DNA of 64,000 bases from Escherichia coli (GCF_003018255.1 NZ_CP027440.1), one strand, 5' to 3'; numbered from the stretch's first letter, positions 1 through 11,317 are shown. Notes: generated from the letters alone by a model not told the origin. Translations and numbers: made by a program.

Positions 1-19
1 TGGTAGCTATATAATTGAT

Positions 20-658
20 TTACATGAAGAATGGCTTATCGCCATCAGTCCCGGGTTGATTGATTCCTATATTCTCACCAATGTGTTTCTCAGGTTTATC
101 GATGATATCTGTAATTAATGCTGCGACACTCTTACGTGATACGATCGTACCTTTGAATGGTTCATTGCGTGAGGTAAGCTCATAATCAATAATATCTTCA
201 TCAGTCAGCCAGGCAGGGCGAAGAATTGTATATTCCAGTCCAGAAGCCTCAATTGCATCTGCAGCCCTGCGGAATGGTTTTAGGGGTTCACCAATAACTG
301 CATTATTCCATTCGCCAAATTTTCCTGGAACTTCATCATAAATACCGAGGGAAAGAACAAAGATCAGACGTTTAACATCACCGACTTTCATCGCAGCGAT
401 CACTGAATTTGCCTGAATATCTAAATCTTCCCCCGTAAGGTTGGCATACACAACATCCTGTCCCTGCATGGCCTGCTTCAGTGCTGCATGATTCAGTACA
501 TCCCCCATAATAATCTTGCTATTAGTGGGATAGGGTTTGTGGATTTTTGCTGGCTGACGGGCAAATAAAGTTTGTTTAATGGTTTGTTTATCTGCCAGTT
601 GATTAATCACATGGCGGGCTATCTGACCGCCAGCACCAAGAATCAGTACATTTTTCAT
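20..658 (-). CDS. NAD(P)-binding Rossmann-fold oxidoreductase (NmrA/atypical SDR-like), 212 aa; probably the intact counterpart of the K-12 ymjC/ymjD fragments
   Basis: Full-length ORF with N-terminal GAGGQIA glycine-rich dinucleotide-binding motif; lies directly downstream of ycjY on the same strand; K-12 assignment is from memory. Confidence 0.6.
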   Translation of the reverse strand: MKNVLILGAGGQIARHVINQLADKQTIKQTLFARQPAKIHKPYPTNSKIIMGDVLNHAALKQAMQGQDVVYANLTGEDLDIQANSVIAAMKVGDVKRLIFVLSLGIYDEVPGKFGEWNNAVIGEPLKPFRRAADAIEASGLEYTILRPAWLTDEDIIDYELTSRNEPFKGTIVSRKSVAALITDIIDKPEKHIGENIGINQPGTDGDKPFFM

Positions 659-728
659 GAAACTTTTCCCAGATTATTGGCAGCAATATGCCAGGCCATA
701 TCACTATTACGGATTTGAATATGTTTCA

Positions 729-1649
729 TTACAGAGTTTCCTCAAAGAACGGAGCTAATACTGAAATTGCTTCAGCCACATAGACTTTGCCGTCATAAAG
801 ATCCATATGGTTTGCGCCTTCAACAATGTGATAGCGTTTATCCTGGCTTGATGCTCGATCGTACAGGTCGTCACTCATCCATTTGCTCCCTGCCTGGCTG
901 CCCGCCACAATCTGTATCGGCTGAGTCAGGTACACTTCCGCCATATGGTAAGCATCATAGGTAATAATCTGGTTAAGGCTGCGCAAAGTAGCGTAACCCG
1001 GTGCTGTTGGATACTGCGCGCGAGGGGTATGGTAATACTCCCAGGCCTGACGCAGTTCTTCGTTCGGCGCATCGGACTCCTTCATTGGTGCCAGTGGCAT
1101 AGTGGCGTATTCTCTGCTGCTAATATCGCTGGTTCGGGCGTTTGAACCCGCGTCAACGTATGGTAGGGCATCTATAGATTTCACATTGTTTTCCCAACCA
1201 TTACGGAACATCGAACCAATATTGACCGCACTAACAGTACCGATGGCCTTGATGCGGCGATCCTGAATTGCAGCATTGGCTGTATATCCTGCACCGGCAC
1301 AAATTCCCATCGCACCAATTCGGCTATTGTCGACATAAGAAAGCGTTGTCAGGTAATCAATCACGGCACTGACGTCTTCAGTACGAATGTATGGGTTTTC
1401 TAACTGACGCGGCTCGCCGCCGCTTTCACCTTGATAAGATGCGTCATAAGCAATAGTGACAAATCCCTTTTCCGCCAGTTTTTCGGCATAGGTTCCAGCC
1501 GTTTGCTCTTTAACGCCCCCACCTGGGTGAGATACCACAATTGCCGGATACTGACGGGTTTCATCAAATTTTGGAGGGAAATAGATCACTGCAGACAAAG
1601 AGATGGTTGGATTATTGCTGTTAGTGAAGCTGACTTTATTATTCATCAT
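729..1649 (-). CDS. ycjY: alpha/beta-hydrolase (dienelactone hydrolase-like) YcjY
   Basis: ORF 729..1661; start chosen at the second Met pair (MMNNKVSF) which has a GAGGAA Shine-Dalgarno upstream and gives about 306 aa; position upstream of pgrR/mppA matches K-12 order. Confidence 0.75.
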   Translation of the reverse strand: MMNNKVSFTNSNNPTISLSAVIYFPPKFDETRQYPAIVVSHPGGGVKEQTAGTYAEKLAEKGFVTIAYDASYQGESGGEPRQLENPYIRTEDVSAVIDYLTTLSYVDNSRIGAMGICAGAGYTANAAIQDRRIKAIGTVSAVNIGSMFRNGWENNVKSIDALPYVDAGSNARTSDISSREYATMPLAPMKESDAPNEELRQAWEYYHTPRAQYPTAPGYATLRSLNQIITYDAYHMAEVYLTQPIQIVAGSQAGSKWMSDDLYDRASSQDKRYHIVEGANHMDLYDGKVYVAEAISVLAPFFEETL

Positions 1650-1786
1650 TCCGTTCCTCATGGAGTTGTCGGTTCGTTTTGACGGTTGGTGATATCACTA
1701 TAGATATTGATCATTAAGTTGATTAGACCCAAAATCATGATTAGACCTATCATTTAAATGATTAATAGATTGTATGGAGATACTGA

Positions 1787-2686
1787 ATGAAGCGTGAAGA
1801 AATCGCTGATCTGATGGCGTTTGTCGTCGTTGCAGAGGAGCGTAGCTTCACTCGCGCAGCAGCCCGCCTGAGCATGGCGCAGTCAGCTTTAAGCCAGATA
1901 GTGCGCCGTATAGAAGAACGATTGGGATTGCGGCTTCTGACACGAACCACGCGCAGCGTTGTACCCACTGAAGCGGGCGAGCATCTTTTGTCTGTTCTTG
2001 GCCCTATGTTGCATGACATAGATTCTGCCCTGACATCCCTGAGCGATCTGCAGAACCGCCCATCCGGGACAATACGTATTACTACTGTAGAACATGCAGC
2101 AAAAACGATATTGTTACCAGCTATGCGCACATTCCTGAAATCGCATCCTGAAATTGATATCCAGCTTACCATTGATTATGGTTTGACCGATGTCGTTTCT
2201 GAACGTTTTGATGCAGGCGTCCGTCTGGGTGGGGAGATGGATAAAGATATGATCGCCATTCGAATCGGGCCAGATATACCAATGGCTATTGTTGGCTCAC
2301 CGGATTATTTTTCTCGTCGAAGTGCTCCAACCTCAGTGTCACAATTAATAGATCATCAGGCAATTAATTTGTATCTTCCCACATCGGGTACAGCAAATCG
2401 CTGGAGATTAATACGCGGTGGACGTGAAGTTCGTGTTCGCATGGAAGGTCAGCTTTTACTGAATACGATAGACCTGATCATTGATGCTGCAATTGATGGG
2501 CATGGATTGGCGTATCTACCTTATGATCAGGTTGAGCGGGCTATTAAAGAAAAAAAACTGATACGTGTTTTGGATAAATTCACACCAGATTTACCCGGTT
2601 ATCACCTGTACTATCCACACCGTCGACATGCTGGCTCGGCATTCTCATTATTTATAGATAGGCTGAAGTATAAAGGTGCTGTTTAG
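1787..2686 (+). CDS. pgrR: LysR-family transcriptional regulator PgrR (YcjZ)
   Basis: 299 aa ORF with N-terminal LysR HTH (FVVVAEERSFTRAAARLSMAQSALSQ); divergent from ycjY and upstream of mppA. Confidence 0.85.
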   Translation: MKREEIADLMAFVVVAEERSFTRAAARLSMAQSALSQIVRRIEERLGLRLLTRTTRSVVPTEAGEHLLSVLGPMLHDIDSALTSLSDLQNRPSGTIRITTVEHAAKTILLPAMRTFLKSHPEIDIQLTIDYGLTDVVSERFDAGVRLGGEMDKDMIAIRIGPDIPMAIVGSPDYFSRRSAPTSVSQLIDHQAINLYLPTSGTANRWRLIRGGREVRVRMEGQLLLNTIDLIIDAAIDGHGLAYLPYDQVERAIKEKKLIRVLDKFTPDLPGYHLYYPHRRHAGSAFSLFIDRLKYKGAV

Positions 2687-3022
2687 CACTACTTGCTGAT
2701 ACATTAATTTAATTCTTCTCTTAACGTATTCTCAGTTCCTTTCAACGTTTTGGTTATTTTTTATTCTTCGTACAATGGCGACAGATGCTGATTATGATAC
2801 CGAAAACGGGTTTGAACGTGCGAAGCCCGAACGTAGTGTTCGGAGTTCTATGTGCTTTACCGCATTTTGGAGACTATTATTTACACTAAATCTGATTTGA
2901 TATATTGATACTTAAAACATTTGATGCTTCCTTTGTCACTTTTTTGATGGAAGTTGTTTGCATTTCTTTAAGGCGAAACAAATAATTACGCATCAATTTT
3001 AATGTCGGTTAGAGGGAAACTT

Positions 3023-4636
3023 ATGAAGCACTCTGTTTCAGTCACGTGTTGTGCGCTGTTGGTCAGCAGCATTTCTCTTTCGTATGCTGCTGAAGTTCCG
3101 AGCGGCACAGTACTGGCAGAGAAGCAGGAGCTGGTGCGCCACATTAAAGATGAGCCTGCGTCGCTGGATCCCGCTAAAGCCGTGGGCCTGCCAGAGATTC
3201 AGGTCATTCGCGATCTGTTTGAAGGACTGGTGAATCAGAACGAGAAAGGGGAGATTGTCCCCGGCGTTGCGACTCAGTGGAAAAGTAATGACAACCGTAT
3301 CTGGACTTTTACCCTGCGCGATAACGCAAAATGGGCGGATGGCACACCGGTAACGGCGCAAGATTTTGTCTACAGCTGGCAACGTCTGGTGGACCCAAAA
3401 ACATTGTCGCCATTTGCATGGTTTGCCGCGCTGGCGGGAATCAACAACGCACAGGCGATTATTGATGGTAAAGCCGCGCCTGACCAGCTTGGCGTCACCG
3501 CAGTTGATGCCCAAACTTTGAAAATCCAGCTTGATAAACCGTTGCCGTGGTTTGTGAATTTAACCGCTAACTTTGCCTTCTTCCCGGTGCAAAAAGCCAA
3601 CGTAGAAAGCAGTAAAGAGTGGACGAAACCCGGAAATCTGATCGGTAATGGCGCTTATGTTCTTAAAGAGCGCGTAGTCAATGAAAAACTGGTCGTGGTA
3701 CCGAATACCCATTATTGGGATAACGCCAAAACGGTGCTGCAAAAAGTGACCTTCCTGCCAATTAATCAGGAATCCGCAGCCACTAAGCGTTATCTCGCGG
3801 GGGATATTGATATCACCGAATCCTTCCCGAAAAATATGTATCAGAAGCTGTTGAAGGATATTCCGGGGCAGGTTTATACGCCGCCACAGCTCGGGACCTA
3901 TTATTATGCGTTTAACACGCAAAAAGGGCCGACGGCCGATCAGCGTGTTCGCCTGGCATTAAGTATGACGATAGATCGCCGCCTGATGACCGAAAAAGTG
4001 TTGGGAACGGGCGAAAAGCCAGCGTGGCATTTTACACCAGATGTTACTGCAGGATTTACGCCGGAACCTTCGCCGTTTGAACAAATGAGTCAGGAAGAAC
4101 TGAATGCGCAGGCAAAAACTTTGTTGAGCGCAGCTGGTTATGGTCCGCAAAAACCGCTGAAGCTGACGCTTTTGTATAACACTTCAGAAAACCATCAAAA
4201 AATTGCGATTGCTGTAGCATCAATGTGGAAAAAGAACCTTGGCGTAGATGTTAAATTGCAAAATCAGGAATGGAAAACCTATATCGATAGCCGTAACACC
4301 GGCAATTTTGATGTTATCCGAGCCTCGTGGGTAGGGGATTATAATGAACCCTCCACTTTCCTGACATTATTAACGTCAACGCATTCAGGAAATATTTCAC
4401 GCTTTAACAATCCGGTATACGACAAAGTACTGGCCCAGGCATCAACGGAAAATACCGTTAAAGCGCGTAATGCCGATTACAATACGGCAGAAAAAATCCT
4501 CATGGAGCAAGCACCGATTGCACCAATTTATCAATATACCAATGGACGATTAATCAAGCCGTGGCTGAAAGGTTATCCCATTAATAACCCGGAAGATGTG
4601 GCGTACAGTCGGACTATGTATATTGTGAAGCATTGA
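3023..4636 (+). CDS. mppA: periplasmic murein tripeptide-binding protein MppA
   Basis: ORF 3002..4636; start placed at MKHSVSVTCC (signal peptide), giving 537 aa; OppA-family substrate-binding protein. Confidence 0.9.
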   Translation: MKHSVSVTCCALLVSSISLSYAAEVPSGTVLAEKQELVRHIKDEPASLDPAKAVGLPEIQVIRDLFEGLVNQNEKGEIVPGVATQWKSNDNRIWTFTLRDNAKWADGTPVTAQDFVYSWQRLVDPKTLSPFAWFAALAGINNAQAIIDGKAAPDQLGVTAVDAQTLKIQLDKPLPWFVNLTANFAFFPVQKANVESSKEWTKPGNLIGNGAYVLKERVVNEKLVVVPNTHYWDNAKTVLQKVTFLPINQESAATKRYLAGDIDITESFPKNMYQKLLKDIPGQVYTPPQLGTYYYAFNTQKGPTADQRVRLALSMTIDRRLMTEKVLGTGEKPAWHFTPDVTAGFTPEPSPFEQMSQEELNAQAKTLLSAAGYGPQKPLKLTLLYNTSENHQKIAIAVASMWKKNLGVDVKLQNQEWKTYIDSRNTGNFDVIRASWVGDYNEPSTFLTLLTSTHSGNISRFNNPVYDKVLAQASTENTVKARNADYNTAEKILMEQAPIAPIYQYTNGRLIKPWLKGYPINNPEDVAYSRTMYIVKH

Positions 4637-4686
4637 TGTGATGGGAACTGGCGTTACCCTTGTGGATAACGCCAGTGATGTCTGAT

Positions 4687-5718
4687 TTAGCGACCCTGGT
4701 CCGGCGGTGTAATGTTATCCATATACAGCGTCTGGCTGGGGAAGGCAAAGTCCGCGCCGTGTGACTGTACAATATCGATAATCTTCAAATAAACGTCTTG
4801 CTGTGCAGCAAGCCATTCAGCCCATACCGTGGTTTTGGTAAAGCAATAAACCATAATATTCAATGAAGAGTCAGCAAACTGGTTGAAATAAACCAGTAAG
4901 GTTTGTCGCTGGTCGATGGCCGGGTGATTTTTCAGCATCTCACGTACGGCTTCGACAATAACGCCCACTTTTGCCGCATCCTCATAACGTAAACCAATGG
5001 TCGTGGTAATGCGCCGGTTGGTCATTCGTCCTGGGTTTTCTACGCTGATCGACGAAAACAGCGAGTTCGGTACGTACAACGGACGATTATCAAAAGTCGT
5101 AATTTTGGTAATTCGCCAGCCAATTTCCGCTACTGTACCTTCGATATTTCTGTCCGGTGAACGGATCCAGTCGCCAATACTAAAAGGACGGTCGAAATAG
5201 AGCATAATCCCGGAAAAGAAGTTACTCAAAATATCTTTACCGGCCATACCGACAGCCAGACCACCAATACCACCAAAGGTCAACAAGCCAGAAAGGCTCA
5301 TACCGAAATGTTCACCATAAAGCAGAACAAGCACCACAATAATGGTGATTTTGATGATACGCGACATAATCCGCGCACTGGTGATATCGCGACCTTTTTT
5401 AATCTGCTGTTTTTCAAACTGATTTATCAGCAGAAATAGCTTAATCGTCAGAATAACCGCAATCAGGGACGTACAGATAAAATCGATAACGCCTGGGGTG
5501 ATAAATTTGAGTTTATAGTTTTCTATAACATAATTAATGATGCTACCAACAGCACTGATAATTATGGTGTAGATTAAAAATTGCACCGCATGGAATAAAA
5601 ATCCTTTTCTTTTACGATTTCCGCGGCGAAACCAAAAGCTCATCAGAATCAATGCTGCGCAGCTACCGAAAATAATGACCAGATTAAGCGCATTATTTGT
5701 AAACAGTTCAGCGATCAT
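4687..5718 (-). CDS. ynaI: MscS-family mechanosensitive channel YnaI
   Basis: 343 aa ORF with N-terminal transmembrane segments and a C-terminal MscS-like domain; synteny with mppA. Confidence 0.9.
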   Translation of the reverse strand: MIAELFTNNALNLVIIFGSCAALILMSFWFRRGNRKRKGFLFHAVQFLIYTIIISAVGSIINYVIENYKLKFITPGVIDFICTSLIAVILTIKLFLLINQFEKQQIKKGRDITSARIMSRIIKITIIVVLVLLYGEHFGMSLSGLLTFGGIGGLAVGMAGKDILSNFFSGIMLYFDRPFSIGDWIRSPDRNIEGTVAEIGWRITKITTFDNRPLYVPNSLFSSISVENPGRMTNRRITTTIGLRYEDAAKVGVIVEAVREMLKNHPAIDQRQTLLVYFNQFADSSLNIMVYCFTKTTVWAEWLAAQQDVYLKIIDIVQSHGADFAFPSQTLYMDNITPPDQGR

Positions 5719-5961
5719 TGTTTTATCAGGCTCCTCCAGATAATTGTCGTCATGCCGGAAACCCCTGGCGGGGCTATTTTACCGCGACAATTCATTCAGA
5801 TCATCAATAGTCAGGGAAGGAAGTAGCAACATTAGCTAACTAATCAATGCGTTGATTGTAAATCCAGCTAAGAGGTGAGGTTTTCAGAGCAGACAACGGT
5901 GAAATGTCATGGTATTGTTACGTTTAGGTAACAAGAAATTTGTCTGCACAAGGATTACATC

Positions 5962-6219
5962 ATGATTATGGCGAAACTGAAGTCAGCGAAAGGGAAGAAA
6001 TTTCTCTTTGGTTTGTTGGCGGTTTTCATTATTGCGGCGTCGGTTGTGACTCGCGCGACCATCGGCGGCGTGATAGAACAGTACAATATTCCGCTGTCTG
6101 AGTGGACGACATCAATGTATGTGATTCAGTCATCGATGATTTTTGTTTATAGCCTGGTCTTTACTGTGTTGCTGGCAATCCCGTTGGGAATTTATTTCCT
6201 TGGCGGCGAAGAGCAGTAA
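5962..6219 (+). CDS. ynaJ: small inner-membrane protein YnaJ (DUF2534)
   Basis: 85 aa ORF with two hydrophobic helices; no IS5 lies between ynaI and ynaJ here, unlike my recollection of K-12. Confidence 0.8.
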   Translation: MIMAKLKSAKGKKFLFGLLAVFIIAASVVTRATIGGVIEQYNIPLSEWTTSMYVIQSSMIFVYSLVFTVLLAIPLGIYFLGGEEQ

Positions 6220-6227
6220 GTAAAAAA

Positions 6228-6250
6228 TAGGCCCGATAACTCGGGCCTTG
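6228..6250. terminator. hairpin GGCCCGATAACTCGGGCC between the convergent ynaJ and uspE genes
   Basis: Perfect inverted repeat seen directly in the sequence immediately after both stop codons. Confidence 0.5.
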
Positions 6251-6268
6251 TCAGTTATTGAAGAGTCG

Positions 6269-7219
6269 TTAATCGTCTTCTTCGTCATCCAGTTCAACGG
6301 GTGTCTGATACTGGTCAGGTTTAATGACCAGCAGGTCGCAGCGAAGATGATCAATCACCTGTTCCGCCGTGTTACCAAGGAATGCTGCTGAAATACCGGT
6401 GCGTCCGACCGTGCCCAGAACCACAATCCCCGCCTGTAAGTGCTCCGCCAAATCAGGAATCACCTCTTCTGGCAGACCTTTTTCTACGTGCGTCATGTTT
6501 TCATTAATGCCGAATTTCTGCCGCAGGGCTTTCATTGCCAGCAAATGTTGCCCACGAATGGCATCGTTATAAACGCTCGGATCAAATTCCGGCAGTTCAA
6601 TCGCGATATTAATTGGCGTTACCGGATAAGCGCCAACCAGATGAACTTCGGTATGGTTGACTTGTTCCGCCAGTTCGATCGTCTCTTTGACCAGTTTTTC
6701 ATTGAGCGCATTATGATACGGCTCTTCACTGGCGAGATTCACCGCCACCAGCGCCTTACCCCCTTCCGGCCACGGCTGGTCTTTCACCATCCACACGGGG
6801 CTTGGGCATTTGCGTAACAGATGCCAGTCCGTTGGCGTAAAAATCACCGCTTCCAGACGGTCATGTTGGTGCGCCATTTTTAGCACCAAATCGTGCCCGC
6901 CGCTGATCACTTCCTGAATGATGGCTTCGAAAGGACGGTTATGCCAGACCACTTTAATTTCAATGGGAACGCCAGCATTGAGATAATATTTTGCCTGCTC
7001 GTGGATCCAGGCTGTACGCTGGCTGATGACGCCCTGACGCATAGCGGTACGTTCGTCCGGGGAGAGCAGGGTGGTCATTTCGTATGAGAAGTCATAGATC
7101 GGCAAAAAGGCTTTAATTTTGCCACCAATCCGTTGATGTAAATAAACAGCTCGCCGCAATGCTGGTTGGTCGTCCTGGTTAGGATCGATAACAACGAGCA
7201 TGTTCTGATACATAGCCAT
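6269..7219 (-). CDS. uspE: universal stress protein E (tandem Usp domains)
   Basis: ORF 6269..7246; start at [10 protein letters not shown] gives 316 aa; GGAGAC ribosome-binding site upstream. Confidence 0.9.
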   Translation of the reverse strand: MAMYQNMLVVIDPNQDDQPALRRAVYLHQRIGGKIKAFLPIYDFSYEMTTLLSPDERTAMRQGVISQRTAWIHEQAKYYLNAGVPIEIKVVWHNRPFEAIIQEVISGGHDLVLKMAHQHDRLEAVIFTPTDWHLLRKCPSPVWMVKDQPWPEGGKALVAVNLASEEPYHNALNEKLVKETIELAEQVNHTEVHLVGAYPVTPINIAIELPEFDPSVYNDAIRGQHLLAMKALRQKFGINENMTHVEKGLPEEVIPDLAEHLQAGIVVLGTVGRTGISAAFLGNTAEQVIDHLRCDLLVIKPDQYQTPVELDDEEDD

Positions 7220-7370
7220 ACAGGGTCTCCTTACAACAACTGTCAACGCAGTTTGTAATTAAAAGATTAACCCATATCTGGTGAATGAAACAGTGATGAA
7301 CCTTCTGCCAGATCAATAAATCAGAAAAATTTAATGATATGACAGAAGGATAGTGAGTTATGCGGAAAAA

Positions 7371-8123
7371 TCAGGCAACGTTACGCGTATGACCAGCAAG
7401 CTGGGCCAGCGCATCGTTATTTTCGATGGTGATGTATTTACCTTTGACTGCCAGCATACCGCTTTTCTGGAAGCGACCCAGCAGACGGCTGATGGTTTCT
7501 ACCGTCAGGCCCAGATAGTTACCAATATCGCCACGAGTCATCGTCAGGCGGAATTCACGAGGGGAGAAGCCGCGTTGGGCAAAACGACGGGACAGGTTGT
7601 AGATGAATGCAGCCAGACGTTCCTCGGCATTTTTCTTCGACAACAGCAGGATCATGTCCTGATCGCCTTTGATTTCACCGCTCATCAGACGCATCATCTG
7701 CTGACGCAGATTCGGCATTTTACCGGACAAATCGTCCAGCGTTTCGAACGGGATTTCACATACCATCGAGGTTTCCAGCGCCTGCGCGAAGCTCGGGTGA
7801 TGGCCGCTGCCGATGGCGTCAAATCCCACCAGGTCGCCTGCTAAATGGAAACCAGTGATTTGCTCGTCGCCTTGCTCAGTGATGGTATAACTTTTAATCG
7901 TACCGGAGCGGATGGCATAAAGCGATTTAAGTTCATCACCAGCCTTAAACAGCGTCTGGCCTTTCTGAATAGGCTTCTTCCGCTCAATGATATTATCAAG
8001 CTGATCAAGCTCATGTTCGTTGAGTGTGAACGGGATGCAAAGCTGGCTGATGCTGCAATCCTGGCAATGGATAGCACAACCGCCAGACTGAATGCGCCGT
8101 ATAATTCGCTTTTCCGGGATCAT
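7371..8123 (-). CDS. fnr: global anaerobic regulator FNR (CRP/FNR family)
   Basis: Start at [29 protein letters not shown], which holds the N-terminal Fe-S cysteine cluster; 250 aa; the longer ORF to 8180 is an upstream extension. Confidence 0.95.
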
Positions 8124-8142
8124 AGGTCTGCTCAAGCCGTAA

Positions 8143-8156
8143 TTGATATTTGTCAA
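8143..8156. promoter_or_regulatory. candidate FNR box (TTGAT-N4-GTCAA) in the fnr promoter region
   Basis: Near-palindromic TTGATATTTGTCAA 20-33 bp upstream of the fnr start; fnr is known to be autoregulated. Confidence 0.4.
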
Positions 8157-8317
8157 TTTTAACATCTTTTTAGGGAGCAAGTAAGTCTAAGCAAACCTTA
8201 ACAGCAGAGAATTCCGATATTAGATGTAAATATATGTCTATCTATTTGAAAACCCTTAAGTTGTTAAGGGTAACTTTACATAAAAGTGTGAACAAGCTGG
8301 CACAAATTGTTTAATGT

Positions 8318-8833
8318 TTACAGCAAAAGATAACCTTCGTGGCGCAATAACCACTCTTTTCGCTGAACTCCGCCTGCATATCCGGTCATGGTGCCGTTTC
8401 GGCCAATAACCCGATGGCAAGGTACAACAATGCTGATGGGATTCGATCCGTTAGCCGCACCAACGGCACGCGCCGCGCCTGGGCGGCCTAATTGTTCAGC
8501 CAGTTGGCCATAATGCATTACCTGCCCGCAGGGGATAGTGCGCAGTGTTTTCCAGACTTCGCGCTGAAATGGCGTCCCCCCCGTGGCAGTGGGAAGCGTA
8601 TCAATAATGCTAAGATTACCGGCAAAATATTCACGAAGCTTGTCGCTTAAACCACCTGGGTTGGTGGCAGAAATGCGCTCATAGCCTTCTTTGCGATAAT
8701 GGATGTCCAGCAGCTGCACCATGCGTTCGCTGTACTCTTCCCATTCAACCGCCCGCAGGCGAAATTGCTCATCGCAAATCACCCACAGTGGACCCAGTGG
8801 CGTGGCAATTTTTTCTTCAAGTAATCTCAGCAT
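8318..8833 (-). CDS. ogt: O6-alkylguanine-DNA alkyltransferase Ogt
   Basis: 171 aa ORF containing the PCHRV active-site motif; synteny downstream of fnr. Confidence 0.9.
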
Positions 8834-8843
8834 CCGTTCTCTC

Positions 8844-9047
8844 TTAAGACAAACGTGGGTAAATACCCGGACCTATCGGCAGACCGACAAGATACCACGC
8901 CAGCAACATCAGCAGCCATACCACCAAAAAGATAAGCGGATAGGGCAAGACTAACGAATAGTAAGTACCCAGTTTCGCGTCTGGTTTGTCGCAGTCTGAT
9001 AGCATAAAGCGATTTTTTGATTTTTCTGCCTGAAGAAATGAGGGCAA
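8844..9047 (-). CDS. hypothetical small hydrophobic ORF (67 aa) just upstream of ogt; possibly a remnant of the deleted abgT 3' end
   Basis: ORF ends 10 bp before the ogt start; hydrophobic C-terminal half; no clear ribosome-binding site evaluated. Confidence 0.25.
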
Positions 9048-9376
9048 GCCATCACATGGATCGAGGGTGGGATAATTCCAGTCAGCGAAATTTTACCGTA
9101 GGCTATCTGTTATTTGATTCTGTGGCGTGATAGCCGCCAGACACCACTGATCTCGTCACTCATTCCCCAATCCCGGCGAGAATGTGGTTATTTACAGAGC
9201 TAAAAAATGAATAAAAAAATAGAGCCTGTCGACATCCGCCAGACTCTACAGTACACACAGCAGTGCATCCTCGTCTTAAATCCGGCCTGGGGTCCTGGTG
9301 ACCGGTGACAGTGTTATAACGGTTTTACCCATCCGTTGCCAATTTTCTTCAGTGACAGATTTCACGAAAATATAAG

Positions 9377-10192
9377 TTAAATCATTTGCCTTGTGATTGC
9401 ATAATCATGCATCGTTAATCGACGAGTAAATTTACCGGGCGAGTAGCCCGTTCGACGCTTAAACATATTGCCGAACGATTCAGCTGAGGCATAGCCCAGA
9501 CGATGGGCAATTTTGGTCAACGAATATCCATCATCAAGAAGCGTCACTGCAGAAATAACGTGCATTTGCTGAACCCAGTGGCGAAATGTTAATCCCGTCT
9601 CTTTAACAAATAAGCGCATGAGTGTACGGCTACTGACGTTAATTTTATCCGCTAGATTATCCAGTGTTGGCAGATACCCTTGGTTGTTTAGCAAATTCTC
9701 ACAAAGCTGCTGTAGCCGCTCATCATTTGGCCAAGGGAGTTCAAGTGACATTTTCACCCCCATTTTTATTTCCTGAAGTATCAGTGTCTCGAGGGCTGAA
9801 AAACGTAACTGTTGTTTATCTGTGGTACTTTGCGACGGTGGAAGTTGGTTAATTGCAATTAGTAATTCTCTTAACAGGGGTGAAATACCCGTCATGAAGC
9901 AAACTTTTCCCAGCGTTTCACTTTCCGCTTCTGAAACCAGTACGGTTTTTAAAAGTACGTTGCCTGTCGCAACAAACTTATGCGGCATTTGTGGGGGCAG
10001 CCAAAGCGCGCTGCTGGCATGCACTAGCCAGACGCTTTCTCCAGCCCATAGACGAACGACTCCTTCAGCCGGGTAAAGCAACTGGGCATAGAGATGTTTA
10101 TGCCAGGGAACTGTGCCTCCATTCAGATGTTCCGAATCCAGTCCGATAATGTGATGCCCTGGTGATGCTTTGGGTTGCAGTGTGATTGTCAT
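9377..10192 (-). CDS. AraC/XylS-family transcriptional regulator (cupin N-domain plus C-terminal HTH)
   Basis: 271 aa ORF with C-terminal AraC-type HTH (KIAHRLGYASAESFGNMFKRRTGYSPGKF); divergent from the efflux genes. Confidence 0.8.
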   Translation of the reverse strand: MTITLQPKASPGHHIIGLDSEHLNGGTVPWHKHLYAQLLYPAEGVVRLWAGESVWLVHASSALWLPPQMPHKFVATGNVLLKTVLVSEAESETLGKVCFMTGISPLLRELLIAINQLPPSQSTTDKQQLRFSALETLILQEIKMGVKMSLELPWPNDERLQQLCENLLNNQGYLPTLDNLADKINVSSRTLMRLFVKETGLTFRHWVQQMHVISAVTLLDDGYSLTKIAHRLGYASAESFGNMFKRRTGYSPGKFTRRLTMHDYAITRQMI

Positions 10193-10288
10193 TTACAGTA
10201 GGTATTTTGTCAGAAATCATCAAATAAGCCATGTTAAATTTTAAATATGGCGAATGCAAGTTTCCGGATATATACGGTGTAAAGAGTG

Positions 10289-11317
10289 ATGATAATTTCT
10301 AAAAAACAGCTTATTGGGGTAGTAGCGATCGGTATTATTTTGGCTGGCGTTGTCTTTTTTATCTGGTGGGTAAGCAAAGGAAGATTTATACAGACGACGG
10401 ATGATGCTTACATTGGTGGTAATATTACCACGGTGGCAAGTAAAGTTTCTGGTTATATTTCTGCTATAGAGGTGCGTGATAATCAGAGCGTAAAAAAAGG
10501 CGATATTATCCTGCGTCTCGATGATCGGGATTATCGTGCAAATGTCGCCAGGCTTGAGGCAAAAATAAAAAGTAGAAAAGCCAATCTCGAAAGCATTCAA
10601 GCCACTATTACGATGCAGCAGTCGATAATTCAAAGTGCCAGTGAAACATGGCAGGCAGTAAAACATGAGGAGCAAAAGCGCCTGCGAGATACTGAACGTT
10701 ATGAAAAACTCGTACAATCAGCGGCAATATCGCAGCAAATTATTGATAACGCCAGGTTTGACTACCAGCAGGTCGCAGCAAAGGAGCGCAAAGCCGCGAA
10801 CGATTTCCTGGTGGAGAAGCAACGGCTGGCAGTTTTATCTGCTCAGGAAGAAAACGTACGTGCGAGTATCGAAGAAGTTCAGGCCGCTTTGACTCAGGCA
10901 CTACTGGATCTGGAATATACCCTTGTTCGTGCGCCGATTGATGGCATTGTCGCAAACCGCAGCGCCCATACAGGCAGTTGGGTGGAAGGCGGCACATCGT
11001 TAGTTTCACTTGTACCAGTCAGTGAGTTGTGGGTTGATGCAAATTATAAAGAAAACCAAATAGCGGGAATGAAGCCAGGAATGAAGGCTGAGATCCGTGC
11101 TGATATTCTCAAAGGGGAAGTGTTTCACGGTCACATTGAAAGCCTTTCCCCAGCGACAGGAGCCAGTTTCAGCTTGATTCCGATAGAAAATGCCACTGGC
11201 AATTTCACCAAAATTGTTCAGCGTGTCCCGGTACGGATTGCATTTGACGACGCAAAGGAATTAAAGCAACTTCTTCGCCCGGGACTGTCCGTCACCGTCA
11301 GTGTCGATGAGAGATGA
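10289..11317 (+). CDS. HlyD/EmrA-family membrane fusion protein (efflux pump periplasmic adaptor)
   Basis: 342 aa with an N-terminal TM anchor, coiled-coil middle and EmrA-like overall architecture; ATG at 10289 (a GTG at 10286 is an alternative). Confidence 0.8.
   Translation: MIISKKQLIGVVAIGIILAGVVFFIWWVSKGRFIQTTDDAYIGGNITTVASKVSGYISAIEVRDNQSVKKGDIILRLDDRDYRANVARLEAKIKSRKANLESIQATITMQQSIIQSASETWQAVKHEEQKRLRDTERYEKLVQSAAISQQIIDNARFDYQQVAAKERKAANDFLVEKQRLAVLSAQEENVRASIEEVQAALTQALLDLEYTLVRAPIDGIVANRSAHTGSWVEGGTSLVSLVPVSELWVDANYKENQIAGMKPGMKAEIRADILKGEVFHGHIESLSPATGASFSLIPIENATGNFTKIVQRVPVRIAFDDAKELKQLLRPGLSVTVSVDER

Noticed and set aside
5719-5961. IS5 insertion between ynaI and ynaJ, as I recall in K-12
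   Set aside because: The interval is only about 240 bp with no transposase ORF or terminal inverted repeats; no IS is present here.
7845-8162. 105-aa ORF antisense to fnr
   Set aside because: It overlaps the well-supported fnr coding sequence on the opposite strand.
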